A DNA stretch of 64,000 bases from IMG/VR virus record IMGVR_UViG_3300027807_000001, positions 83,285 through 147,284 of that record. One strand, 5' to 3'. A program made the translations under genes and the position numbers. This document shows, one piece after another, positions 20,174 through 27,168 of this stretch. This stretch comes from a virus. Lineage: Duplodnaviria; Heunggongvirae; Uroviricota; Caudoviricetes. Below the pieces are notes generated by a model, which searched no databases, was not told the DNA's origin, and saw only the letters and a list, made by a program, of their open reading frames with translations. Numbering within the stretch: the stretch's first letter is position 1; the number at the start of each line of letters is the position of its first letter.

Positions 20174-20425
20174 GATTTATGCACGATGAAGATATAGCTT
20201 GGTTAAAGTCAGAACTTTTATCCGGACAGTTCTTTTGGCGCATGCTCATATGTTCATGGAAACATCGGCTCGTATGGACTCAACTCAATGATCTCGGTAA
20301 TAATGAATGGGTACAAGTAAGTGGGAGATGCTACCCCCATTGCAACCACGAGTGCGAAATGTGGCACTGCACTAAGTGTCACCCTTGCGGAGAAGAGCTA
20401 GATAAGCTCTTTAAGAAGATTTGAC

Positions 20426-20496
20426 GCGCTTGTAGCTCAATGGAAGAGCACACGGTTGATAACCGTGCTACGAAAGTTCGATTCTTTCCTGGCGCA
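20426..20496 (+). tRNA. tRNA-Ile(GAU)
   Basis: CACGG-TTGATAA-CCGTG; no encoded CCA. Confidence 0.8.
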
Positions 20497-20652
20497 AGTT
20501 ATGATAACTGTAAAATCAAAAGTTCGAATCGTTGGTGTAGAAGGTAGTGGAAAGGTTTTATCGATTGATCCAGATGGTTTGTCGATCGTCGAAATGAAAG
20601 ATAAAGTAATCTCTGCACTTACCAGTGATTTGATACTAGTTAAATAGATTTA

Positions 20653-20745
20653 GCACTCGTGGCGCTTGGATGCGCGAGCCGCCTTATAAGCGGTTGACCT
20701 GCAGATGGCAGGACGGACTGGGTTCGATTCCCAGCGGGTGCACCA
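20653..20745 (+). tRNA. tRNA-Ile(UAU) with long variable arm
   Basis: GCCGC-CTTATAA-GCGGT, ~23-nt extra arm, acceptor stem identical to tRNA-Ile at 31183, CCA. Confidence 0.8.
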
Positions 20746-20748
20746 GAT

Positions 20749-20822
20749 GTGGCATTAGCATATGAGTAATGTAACTGGCTGTGACCCAGTAGAAACGGAT
20801 GCGAATTCCGTATGCCACCCCA
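20749..20822 (+). tRNA. tRNA-His(GUG)
   Basis: ACTGG-CTGTGAC-CCAGT, C73, CCA; base -1 is T. Confidence 0.85.
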
Positions 20823-20825
20823 ATT

Positions 20826-20903
20826 CGCGGGGTAGAGATCGGTTAGGATCTCCTGAGTCTCATAAGCTCGGCTAGGCAGGTGCAACCCCTGTCCCCGCAA
20901 CCA
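20826..20903 (+). tRNA. tRNA-Met(CAU), initiator-like
   Basis: C1:A72 mismatch, CTCATAA loop, CCA. Confidence 0.8.
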
Positions 20904-20906
20904 TTT

Positions 20907-20982
20907 GCCGCAGGAGCTAGTCTAGTGATAGCGTCCGTCTGAAGAACGGAAGAAGCAGGTGCGATCCCTGACTGCGGCACCA
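20907..20982 (+). tRNA. tRNA-Phe(GAA)
   Basis: TCCGT-CTGAAGA-ACGGA, CCA. Confidence 0.88.
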
Positions 20983-21060
20983 GTTTGAAGAGTATGACGG
21001 TCTCTTTCAAGTATATACGAAAGTATTGAATGTAAGATTGTATTAACCGTCTCCAATTTA

Positions 21061-21119
21061 GGACTTGTAGCTCAAATGGATAAAGTAGCCTCGACCTTAC
21101 CTTCTGCAAGGTCGAGGCT
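21061..21119 (+). pseudogene. 5' tRNA fragment fused to a perfect 12-bp hairpin
   Basis: GGACTTGTAGCTCAAATGGA (acceptor 5' strand plus D arm), then AGCCTCGACCTT/AAGGTCGAGGCT. Confidence 0.5.
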
Positions 21120-21196
21120 GAAATATAGGATATAATTTAGAATATCAGAAGGAATACCAACTAGAGCGCTACCACAGGCAGCGACAGGAAGCTATA

Positions 21197-21547
21197 TTGG
21201 CTCTTGGTGGCCACTGTGTGAATTGTGGCACAATAGAAAATTTAGAGTTGGATCACGTTAATCCTGCAACAAAAGAAATCGAGTTGGGCAGACTCTATGG
21301 CGTCGAAGAAGAGAAATTTTGGGATGAGGTAGCTAAATGCCAGGTGCTTTGTAGGAAATGCCACGAGTACAAATCTATTTTAGATGCAGGTAACACGCCT
21401 ACAAAAGGTAGAGATGTGCATGGGACGTTAACGGCATATAGATACTGTCGTAGTGACCCTAGAGGGTCGCGCTATCAACTCTGTAAAGATACTTGGAATA
21501 AGTGGAATAACGAATACAAGAAGCGCAGAAAGTTAGAAGGGCCATAA
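21197..21547 (+). CDS. HNH homing endonuclease (frame open upstream without ATG)
   Basis: LGGHCVNCG..LELDHVNP..CQVLCRKCH; stop codon lies inside tRNA-Lys 5' end. Confidence 0.8.
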   Translation: MALGGHCVNCGTIENLELDHVNPATKEIELGRLYGVEEEKFWDEVAKCQVLCRKCHEYKSILDAGNTPTKGRDVHGTLTAYRYCRSDPRGSRYQLCKDTWNKWNNEYKKRRKLEGP

Positions 21548-21613
21548 ACTTTTAAAGTGAAGTACTAGACTTTTAATCTAGCAAACTCGGGGCAGTACCG
21601 AGATGGCCCACCA
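21539..21613 (+). tRNA. tRNA-Lys(UUU)
   Basis: CTAGA-CTTTTAA-TCTAG, CCA; T-loop GGCAGTA. Confidence 0.82.
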
Positions 21614-21617
21614 ATTT

Positions 21618-21965
21618 ATGAAGTTCTTCACATATAATCAGAATAACAGCGGTGGCGACTTTTGGTATGATGAGAAGAGAGGTATCTCAACATTCGTCAT
21701 AATTGAAGCTGAATCTGCAAGTAAAGCTGACGCGAGGGCAGAAGAAATCGGATTATATTGGGATGGTGTAGGAAGTGGCACAGACTGTGACTGCTGTGGA
21801 GATAGATGGCACCCTAAGTATGACGGCGGTGGGGATGCTATCCCTTCTGTATACGGAGTACCCGTTCACTTTTTGACAGTAAAGAATGAACTCTCACGGT
21901 GGCAAAGTGGCTATGAATGTTTCGTGCATTACGCAGATGGGCGCATCATCGGGTTCTATAAATAA
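21618..21965 (+). CDS. conserved phage hypothetical protein
   Basis: FFTYNQNNSGG..IIEAES..DCDCCGDRW. Confidence 0.7.
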   Translation: MKFFTYNQNNSGGDFWYDEKRGISTFVIIEAESASKADARAEEIGLYWDGVGSGTDCDCCGDRWHPKYDGGGDAIPSVYGVPVHFLTVKNELSRWQSGYECFVHYADGRIIGFYK

Positions 21966-21966
21966 T

Positions 21967-22119
21967 ATGGAATTGTGTTGTTTAGTCAAGGGCGTATCGA
22001 GATGCCATAAGTGCAGTAATTTGTTATGTCAAAATCATAGATTCCTCCATTGCGATGGAACTTACTATTACCATAAAGAATGTCTCGAAGAGATCGCCTC
22101 TGCGAAATTAAAGATTTAG
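21967..22119 (+). CDS. LCC/B-box-like micro-protein
   Basis: MELCCLVKGVSRCHKCSNLLCQNH. Confidence 0.65.
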   Translation: MELCCLVKGVSRCHKCSNLLCQNHRFLHCDGTYYYHKECLEEIASAKLKI

Positions 22120-22193
22120 GTCTTATAGTGAAATGGCAATCACAGGACCCTGCGAAGGTCCAAGTTCAAGTTCAACTCTTGATAAGACCACCA
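22119..22193 (+). tRNA. tRNA-Arg(GCG)
   Basis: GGACC-CTGCGAA-GGTCC, CCA. Confidence 0.88.
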
Positions 22194-22200
22194 GATAGTC

Positions 22201-22307
22201 GGGCGCGAGGCGGGTTTAATTCCCGTTGTGGCAGGCAATGCTGTTTCTTGCAAGTGACTATACCCAAGAAAGCTGATGCTACATGGTGTATCGAGAACAT
22301 GCGCCCA
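22201..22307 (+). ncRNA. tRNA-shaped RNA with elongated central arm
   Basis: GGGCGCG/TGCGCCC acceptor-like stem plus A; D-like hairpin; TGTGGCA/TGCTACA stem enclosing TTCTTG/CAAGAA; TATCGAG T-like loop. Confidence 0.5.
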
Positions 22308-22322
22308 CGATTTGACGTTATA

Positions 22323-22394
22323 GCTTCTGAAGCTTTACTAGATGAGCACGGAGCTCTTACCTCCGGGAACCAGGCGCGATACCTGGCAGAAGCA
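22323..22394 (+). tRNA. tRNA-Lys(CUU), non-canonical elbow
   Basis: GCTTCTG/CAGAAGC acceptor, CGGAG-CTCTTAC-CTCCG, T-loop CGCGATA; ends ACCC. Confidence 0.75.
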
Positions 22395-22447
22395 CCCCTT
22401 TGTCGGAAGCAGACCTAATGGCTGCTTAATAATAACCTAGTAGAGAG

Positions 22448-22918
22448 GTGTTTAACATGAATGACCTAACGCCGTTTGATAGCTGGCGCAGAGAGTTGGA
22501 TAATATGTTCGGTGCTCTTCACGATGAGATGTTTAACGTCTTCGGAAGAAAGGATTCTTTTATCGACTTCGCGACAAAGAGTGCCTTTCCTAAAGTGAAT
22601 ATCTTACAGAAGGAAGAGGACTTGGTAGTTGAAGTTGCAATCCCGCATTACCATCCCGAAAACATTGAAGTGTCCATCCAAGATGGAATCTTAACTGTCA
22701 AAGGAGCGGCTGTTGCGGATTCGGCGCAAGACGGACAGTATTTAGTAAGAGAAGTCGCTAAGAGAGCTTTTTCTAGATCTTGGCAGCTTCCAAAGGAAAC
22801 CACAGAGGAGCAGGTTTCTGCTAAGTACGACCACGGCGTCCTTTACTTAACGATAAAGGGAATTGCCAAGAAGGTCGCGCCTAAGAAGGTCGTTAAGAAG
22901 ATAGAAATTAGTAAATAA
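22448..22918 (+). CDS. Hsp20/alpha-crystallin small heat-shock protein
   Basis: FPKVNI..VEVAIP..IEVSIQDGILTVKG..FSRSWQLP..SAKYDHGVLYL. Confidence 0.9.
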   Translation: MFNMNDLTPFDSWRRELDNMFGALHDEMFNVFGRKDSFIDFATKSAFPKVNILQKEEDLVVEVAIPHYHPENIEVSIQDGILTVKGAAVADSAQDGQYLVREVAKRAFSRSWQLPKETTEEQVSAKYDHGVLYLTIKGIAKKVAPKKVVKKIEISK

Positions 22919-22981
22919 CAAAGATCGGGATTATGGATGCACCAAGACCTGGATGTGATCCCGAGTCCAGGCACAATTTAT

Positions 22982-23057
22982 TACAGGGTAGTTTAATTGG
23001 TAAAACACGAAGCTTTGAACTTCGGTAATAAAGGTTCGACTCCCTTCAGGTACACCA
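22982..23057 (+). pseudogene. pseudo-tRNA-Gln(UUG)
   Basis: D, anticodon and T arms plus CCA present, acceptor strands do not pair. Confidence 0.55.
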
Positions 23058-23064
23058 GATTTAT

Positions 23065-23142
23065 TGGCACTTAGCTTTCAGGGTGAGAGCGCCGAGCTGT
23101 TAACTCGGAATGAGCCTGGTTCGATCCCAGGAGTGCCAGCCA
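23065..23142 (+). tRNA. tRNA-Asn(GUU)
   Basis: CCGAG-CTGTTAA-CTCGG, G73, CCA. Confidence 0.9.
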
Positions 23143-23148
23143 CTTTAT

Positions 23149-23222
23149 TGGAGAGTCGTCTAATGGTAGGACGTGAAGCTTTGAACTTCACTGTGGTGGT
23201 TCGATTCCATCCTCTCCAGCCA
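23149..23222 (+). tRNA. tRNA-Gln(UUG)
   Basis: TGAAG-CTTTGAA-CTTCA, CCA. Confidence 0.9.
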
Positions 23223-23229
23223 GATTAAT

Positions 23230-23304
23230 TCGAGATTCAGCCAACTGGTAGGCTATCGCACTCTGAATGCGACAATTGAGGTTCGAACCCTTGATCTCGA
23301 GCCA
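23230..23304 (+). tRNA. tRNA-Gln(CUG)
   Basis: TCGCA-CTCTGAA-TGCGA, CCA. Confidence 0.9.
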
Positions 23305-23546
23305 ATTTATGGAACAAAAGAAGGTACCTAAGTGTTTATACCCGAGATGTGAGGCGCTTCCTAAATGTCATTATGAAGGAAGAGGGGAATATTCAGGTGA
23401 TCACTTTAGTTACGAACCCGGTTCATGTTCCGAACTCGATTATGAGTATGCCACCCACAAGTGGATCTGTGATGAGCATTGGGATCTTCTGCAGTTTATC
23501 AAAGATTCAGATGTTCTTGAGTTTGATGAAGATTGAAATAATTAAT

Positions 23547-23622
23547 GGCCTCGTGGTGGAATGGCAGACACAGCGGTCTTAGAAGCCGCGCTTTGCGAGT
23601 TCGACTCTCGCCGAGGCTACCA
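23547..23622 (+). tRNA. tRNA-Leu(UAG), short variable loop
   Basis: GCGGT-CTTAGAA-GCCGC, 5-nt variable region, A73, CCA. Confidence 0.85.
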
Positions 23623-23882
23623 ATTTTAGAAGGAGATGCCTATGTAATGACTAAACATAGTCGCGCATGGTGCCTGCAGACTAATAATTCTAATTATCGG
23701 CGTACCATCGAAGTACGCGAAATGTGGTAATCTTCGAGGGCTCGCAAATCCTGAACCGAGCAAACCAATTTATGAAGCGAAACCGTACAGTAATCAAAAG
23801 TAAATTTCCTGCCCCTGGAGAGACCGCAAAGAAGTTTGGGGTATCCAAAGCTAGGTTAGCTTGGATTGTGAAACAAGCAAAT

Positions 23883-23957
23883 AGCGCGTTCGTCTACCGG
23901 CTAGGACAGTAGCCTTTCAAGCTACGAGAACGGGTTCAACTCCCGTACGCGCTACCA
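23883..23957 (+). tRNA. tRNA-Glu(UUC)
   Basis: GTAGC-CTTTCAA-GCTAC, CCA. Confidence 0.9.
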
Positions 23958-23961
23958 ATTT

Positions 23962-24115
23962 GACGTAGCGGCACAGAAGGGTGTGCATGGTGAAAACCTT
24001 AACTAGTATGCTGACTCTTTACTAGTACCCGAGACAGGTTGCTCCTGTCGAGGAGTGAGTTGATTCGCAATCAACCAAGTTGTCAGCGAGCGGGTATCAA
24101 GGCCCGCCTACGTCA
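23962..24115 (+). ncRNA. tRNA-shaped RNA with multi-hairpin, pseudoknotted central domain
   Basis: GACGTAG/CTACGTC acceptor plus A, GCAC/GTGC D arm, GCGGG/CCCGC T arm; four internal hairpins; 24009-15 complementary to 24082-88. Confidence 0.6.
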
Positions 24116-24123
24116 TTCAATCT

Positions 24124-24297
24124 GTGATACAGTTATGTTGCTTAATCAATACGCACATTCGGTGCGCGGAATGTCACGCACGACTTTGGTGTCGCGAATG
24201 TTATGAACGAGAGATGACCTCTCCATACAAAACGCATAGCCCCCTTTTCTGTGGTGACATTTGTCAGTTTGTGTATAATAAGAAGCGTGAGCGTTAA
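24124..24297 (+). CDS. LCC/B-box-like micro-protein (not in ORF track)
   Basis: QLCCLINTHIRCAECHARLWCREC. Confidence 0.6.
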   Translation: MIQLCCLINTHIRCAECHARLWCRECYEREMTSPYKTHSPLFCGDICQFVYNKKRER

Positions 24298-24299
24298 TT

Positions 24300-24419
24300 A
24301 TGGCATGTTTAGCATGTCTCGTTAATCCAATAAGGCGATGCAGGAAATGCCTAGAAATATTCTGTGATGATTGTTACTTCTTGACGACGAGACTGATTTC
24401 CGCTAAACTGCGGGCGTAG
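24300..24419 (+). CDS. LCC-variant micro-protein (not in ORF track)
   Basis: MACLACLVNPIRRCRKCLEIFCDDC. Confidence 0.55.
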   Translation: MACLACLVNPIRRCRKCLEIFCDDCYFLTTRLISAKLRA

Positions 24420-24420
24420 C

Positions 24421-24458
24421 AAAAAAGACCGGTCTCAGGGGGCAAACCCTGAGACCGG
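24421..24458 (-). terminator. intrinsic terminator for the - strand peptide gene
   Basis: perfect 12-bp stem CCGGTCTCAGGG/CCCTGAGACCGG followed on - strand by TCTTTTTT. Confidence 0.7.
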
Positions 24459-24465
24459 GTACGGA

Positions 24466-24534
24466 TTACTTAACCAACATCAGTACGAGCTTCACGGCGA
24501 GCAGAACCAACTGCTCTACGAGTTGCTTGTTCAT
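24466..24534 (-). CDS. 22-aa hydrophobic peptide antisense to the tRNA array
   Basis: MNKQLVEQLVLLAVKLVLMLVK; GAGG SD; own terminator. Confidence 0.55.
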   Translation of the reverse strand: MNKQLVEQLVLLAVKLVLMLVK

Positions 24535-24607
24535 GTAGTCCTCTAAGTATAAAGAATGTGTGGATTCGGATTGCGATAACGTAGTCCGACTTAAAAAGAT
24601 TGTATTA

Positions 24608-24681
24608 CAGGGATTAGCATAAAAGTAATGTACCCGCCTTGGAAGCGAGAGAAAGTAGCGCAATACTACTATCCCTGACCA
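24608..24681 (+). tRNA. tRNA-Pro(UGG)
   Basis: CCCGC-CTTGGAA-GCGAG, CCA; T-loop CGCAATA. Confidence 0.8.
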
Positions 24682-24685
24682 TTTT

Positions 24686-24838
24686 ATGAAACAGATACGG
24701 TTATGTTGTTTGGTAAATCGGATCTTTGAATGTGCACAATGCAAAACTAGCCAGTGCTGGCACTGTGCGATGAGAGAATTTTGCTGTCCACATCCCATGA
24801 GATTTCACCTAAATGAATATGTTATGGAACCAGATTAA
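24686..24838 (+). CDS. LCC/B-box-like micro-protein (not in ORF track)
   Basis: RLCCLVNRIFECAQCKTSQCWHC. Confidence 0.6.
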   Translation: MKQIRLCCLVNRIFECAQCKTSQCWHCAMREFCCPHPMRFHLNEYVMEPD

Positions 24839-24920
24839 GCATCAGAGGCCCTAATGGCAGGGCAGTGGACTGTAAATCCATGGCTTCGGCAAGTAGGTTC
24901 GATTCCTACCTGATGCACCA
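24839..24920 (+). tRNA. tRNA-Tyr(GUA)
   Basis: GTGGA-CTGTAAA-TCCAT, variable arm, CCA. Confidence 0.9.
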
Positions 24921-25249
24921 ATTTACACACCAGGAGTTCATTGTTTATGGGGATGTATGATGACGTTGAATTTGAGATGAGCTGCCCCAGCTGCGGTGAA
25001 AAAGTAAGTGGCTTTCAATCAAAAGATGGACCATGTCTTTTGTTGAAGGTAAATGTTTCGCAGATTCGCAACTTCTACACGTCTTGTAGTAAGTGCAGCA
25101 CCTGGATAGACTGTGTCTATATTCCTCCTACTGGGGTAGGGACCATTGTGGCTTCTTATCAAAAAGAGGGGGTTCGCCGAGAAGAGAAGATTCTATGGGA
25201 TTCTAGCGCCGAGAAGGAACTAGAACATTCTAGTTGAGAGTAACTTATT

Positions 25250-25334
25250 GGTGAGTTGGGAGAGCGGCTTAATCCAGAGTCCTGCTAAGACTCCGACTGT
25301 CAAAGGTCCGTTGGTTCAAATCCAACACTCACCG
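25250..25334 (+). tRNA. tRNA-Ser(GCU)
   Basis: GAGTC-CTGCTAA-GACTC, long arm, G73. Confidence 0.88.
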
Positions 25335-25343
25335 CCGATTTAA

Positions 25344-25428
25344 GGAGATGTGGCCGAGTGGTTTAAGGCAGCGGTCTTGAAAACCGCCAGGTGTAACAGC
25401 CTCTAGAGTTCGAATCTCTACGTCTCCG
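25344..25428 (+). tRNA. tRNA-Ser(UGA)
   Basis: GCGGT-CTTGAAA-ACCGC, long arm. Confidence 0.88.
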
Positions 25429-25436
25429 TTCTTTTT

Positions 25437-25523
25437 GGAAGATCAACTGATCAAGGATCAGCGCCGTCTCGAAAGCGGCTGGGTCGCAATGCGACTGAGG
25501 AGCGTGACCTCGATCTTCCGCCA
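25437..25523 (+). tRNA. tRNA-Ser(CGA)
   Basis: GCCGT-CTCGAAA-GCGGC, long arm, CCA; T-loop AGCGTGA. Confidence 0.85.
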
Positions 25524-25524
25524 T

Positions 25525-25612
25525 GGTGAGTTATCCAATCAAGGATTGGCCTCGTTTGGAAAGCGAGTGGCTCGCGTGAGCGAGTATAGGGCAGGACTAT
25601 AGCTCACCGCCA
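25525..25612 (+). tRNA. tRNA-Ser(GGA)
   Basis: CTCGT-TTGGAAA-GCGAG, long arm, CCA; T-loop GGCAGGA. Confidence 0.82.
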
Positions 25613-25614
25613 AT

Positions 25615-26030
25615 ATCCGTACGGCGAGCTTACTTTCTACTCGAAACAACAGGAAGAGTTAGCCACGGCTTAAAGAGGCCCTTAGCGGGGTGCCGTGCAA
25701 GATTGTATCAAGGTCTGTTGAGGAAGATTCTATCAGGAGTAATCCTGACGAAGCCAAATCGAAAGAGGAGGCAACCGACGCCAGCGGTAAAGAATCCACG
25801 TAAGCCCTATACCTTAAGGTATCGAAAAGAAGGAGTCCAAAAGGACGGTAAACTTCCTATTTCGATGGGCCATCACAGCTGGGCTAGCACTAATTAGGCG
25901 GTGGGGTAAGCCGTACCGGAGGAGGGCCTTTAGGCTTAGTAACTCCGAGAAGGTCTCTTATAAGGCTAGCTGAAAGAGATCCAGTACGCGGATGTGGGGA
26001 TAAAGACAAGGTCAGCTTGATACAATTAAT
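25615..26030 (+). ncRNA. candidate large ornate ncRNA (GOLLD/ROOL-class context)
   Basis: no credible ORF; termini pair (ATCCG..GTAC with GTAC..CGGAT); many short hairpins; flanked by tRNAs. Confidence 0.55.
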
Positions 26031-26034
26031 TTAT

Positions 26035-26105
26035 GGGAGTAAAGTGTTTCAGCAGCACAGCGGTCTCCAAAACCGTTAGGCCTGGTGCGACTCCAGGTGC
26101 TCCCG
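26035..26105 (+). tRNA. tRNA-Trp(CCA)
   Basis: GCGGT-CTCCAAA-ACCGT, G73; T-loop TGCGACT. Confidence 0.85.
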
Positions 26106-26110
26106 CCGCT

Positions 26111-26263
26111 ATGAATAAATCAGCGACAGATTTAGTATGCATCGTTAACGGGCATGATTGGTGGATTGTAGATCCTCACCTGAATAAATTCAGAGGTTAC
26201 TGGTGTAAACAATGCTTGCGAAAGACTGCTCGTCCGCTGACACTCGAAGACTTAGGTTTATAG
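26111..26263 (+). CDS. Cys/His micro-protein, hybrid of LCC and CxxxGHxW types
   Basis: LVCIVNGHDW..WCKQC. Confidence 0.55.
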   Translation: MNKSATDLVCIVNGHDWWIVDPHLNKFRGYWCKQCLRKTARPLTLEDLGL

Positions 26264-26266
26264 TTT

Positions 26267-26431
26267 ATGTTTCTTAAAAACTTATGCAAGATATTAGGAC
26301 ATGATTGGGGTAAATTTATTACTTCCCGCTGCCGCCCGCGCTATGCCTATAGGAATTGTCGACGTAAGTGTGGAGCCTTTCAAACAAAAACAGGAATCGA
26401 TTACGGCACAACAATCATAACATATGGGTAA
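26267..26431 (+). CDS. DUF1660-like CxxxGHxW micro-protein (not in ORF track)
   Basis: LCKILGHDW..CRRKC. Confidence 0.55.
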   Translation: MFLKNLCKILGHDWGKFITSRCRPRYAYRNCRRKCGAFQTKTGIDYGTTIITYG

Positions 26432-26585
26432 ATCTTTACTGTGTCTCATTAAGGGGCATCAATGGTATTGGGCAGAATCAGGTAAGTACAGATGTGCGCA
26501 AGCAGGCGACGGATGTACCGCATATAGTAGATTTTTGTCGTTTAAAGGTAACGGGGAAGATGTGACCATAGCCCATTACGAATAA
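26424..26585 (+). CDS. DUF1660-like micro-protein (not in ORF track)
   Basis: LLCLIKGHQW. Confidence 0.5.
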   Translation: MGKSLLCLIKGHQWYWAESGKYRCAQAGDGCTAYSRFLSFKGNGEDVTIAHYE

Positions 26586-26586
26586 T

Positions 26587-26658
26587 GCACCGTTAGACAA
26601 GTGGGAAGTCGAAAGTCTGCAAAACTTTTATGAGCGCGTTCGATTCGCGCACGGTGCT
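26587..26658 (+). tRNA. tRNA-Cys(GCA)
   Basis: AAAGT-CTGCAAA-ACTTT, U73. Confidence 0.85.
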
Positions 26659-26690
26659 GATTTTCTATGTTCATAACTAAAGCAGCAACA

Positions 26691-26778
26691 GCCGGTATGG
26701 TGGAATGGCAGACACGGGCGCCTTAAGAGCGCTCGATCGAAAGATCACCTGCAGGTTCAAGTCCTGCTACCGGTACCA
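26691..26778 (+). tRNA. tRNA-Leu(UAA)
   Basis: GGCGC-CTTAAGA-GCGCT, long arm, CCA. Confidence 0.9.
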
Positions 26779-26782
26779 ATTT

Positions 26783-26941
26783 ATGAAACTTTGTTGTATA
26801 GTTAATACTTATAGCTTTTGTAAGCTATGTGGTTTAAAAGTATGTCGCCAATGTATAATTATTCAAGGTAAATGTCCTAAAAGTATCTGGAATGAAATTC
26901 TCTGGAATGAAATTCATAGATGGTATATAGTGGAGAGATAA
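26783..26941 (+). CDS. LCC/B-box-like micro-protein
   Basis: MKLCCIVNTYSFCKLCGLKVCRQC. Confidence 0.65.
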   Translation: MKLCCIVNTYSFCKLCGLKVCRQCIIIQGKCPKSIWNEILWNEIHRWYIVER

Positions 26942-26942
26942 A

Positions 26943-27143
26943 ATGTCATAGGAATTATGTTGTTTAGTGAATGGCAGTGAAGAGTGCTATAAGTGTAAAG
27001 ATAAAATTTGTACGGATCATTGCAGAGGGTTTAACGAAAAATTGCCGTGCAGATGTGGCACTTGTAATGATACCGAATTAAGGACCTATTGTCTTCCATG
27101 CGTTGATAAATTTCAACCAGCAGATTACTACGAGGCAGATTAA
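26943..27143 (+). CDS. LCC/B-box-like micro-protein with in-frame TAG at codon 3
   Basis: SD GGAGA, ATG TCA TAG GAA TTA TGT TGT; ELCCLVNGSEECYKCKDKICTDHC. Confidence 0.55.
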
Positions 27144-27168
27144 TATGTCGTAGAACAATTTAATTTCG

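Noticed and set aside
22925-22975. Possible pseudoknot or self-cleaving ribozyme after hsp20 (TCGGGATT/GATCCCGA and CCTGGA/TCCAGG)
   Set aside because: Two overlapping stems exist, but no hammerhead, twister, pistol or HDV catalytic consensus was recognisable.
23630-23765. Possible third tRNA-like RNA or 27-aa peptide after tRNA-Leu(UAG)
   Set aside because: Several small hairpins and a terminal ACCA, but no pairing acceptor stem, and competing readings could not be separated by eye.
25615-26030. tmRNA, RNase P RNA or group I intron
   Set aside because: No Ala-type G3:U70 termini with CCA, no GAGGAAAGUCC RNase P core, and no recognisable group I core or flanking exons.
20640-26941. ORF-track entries that run through tRNAs (e.g. 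20640, 20843, 22080, 23545, 25703, and the N-termini of 26033 and 26705)
   Set aside because: They translate tRNA or ncRNA sequence; real starts, where present, lie just after the tRNA 3' ends.
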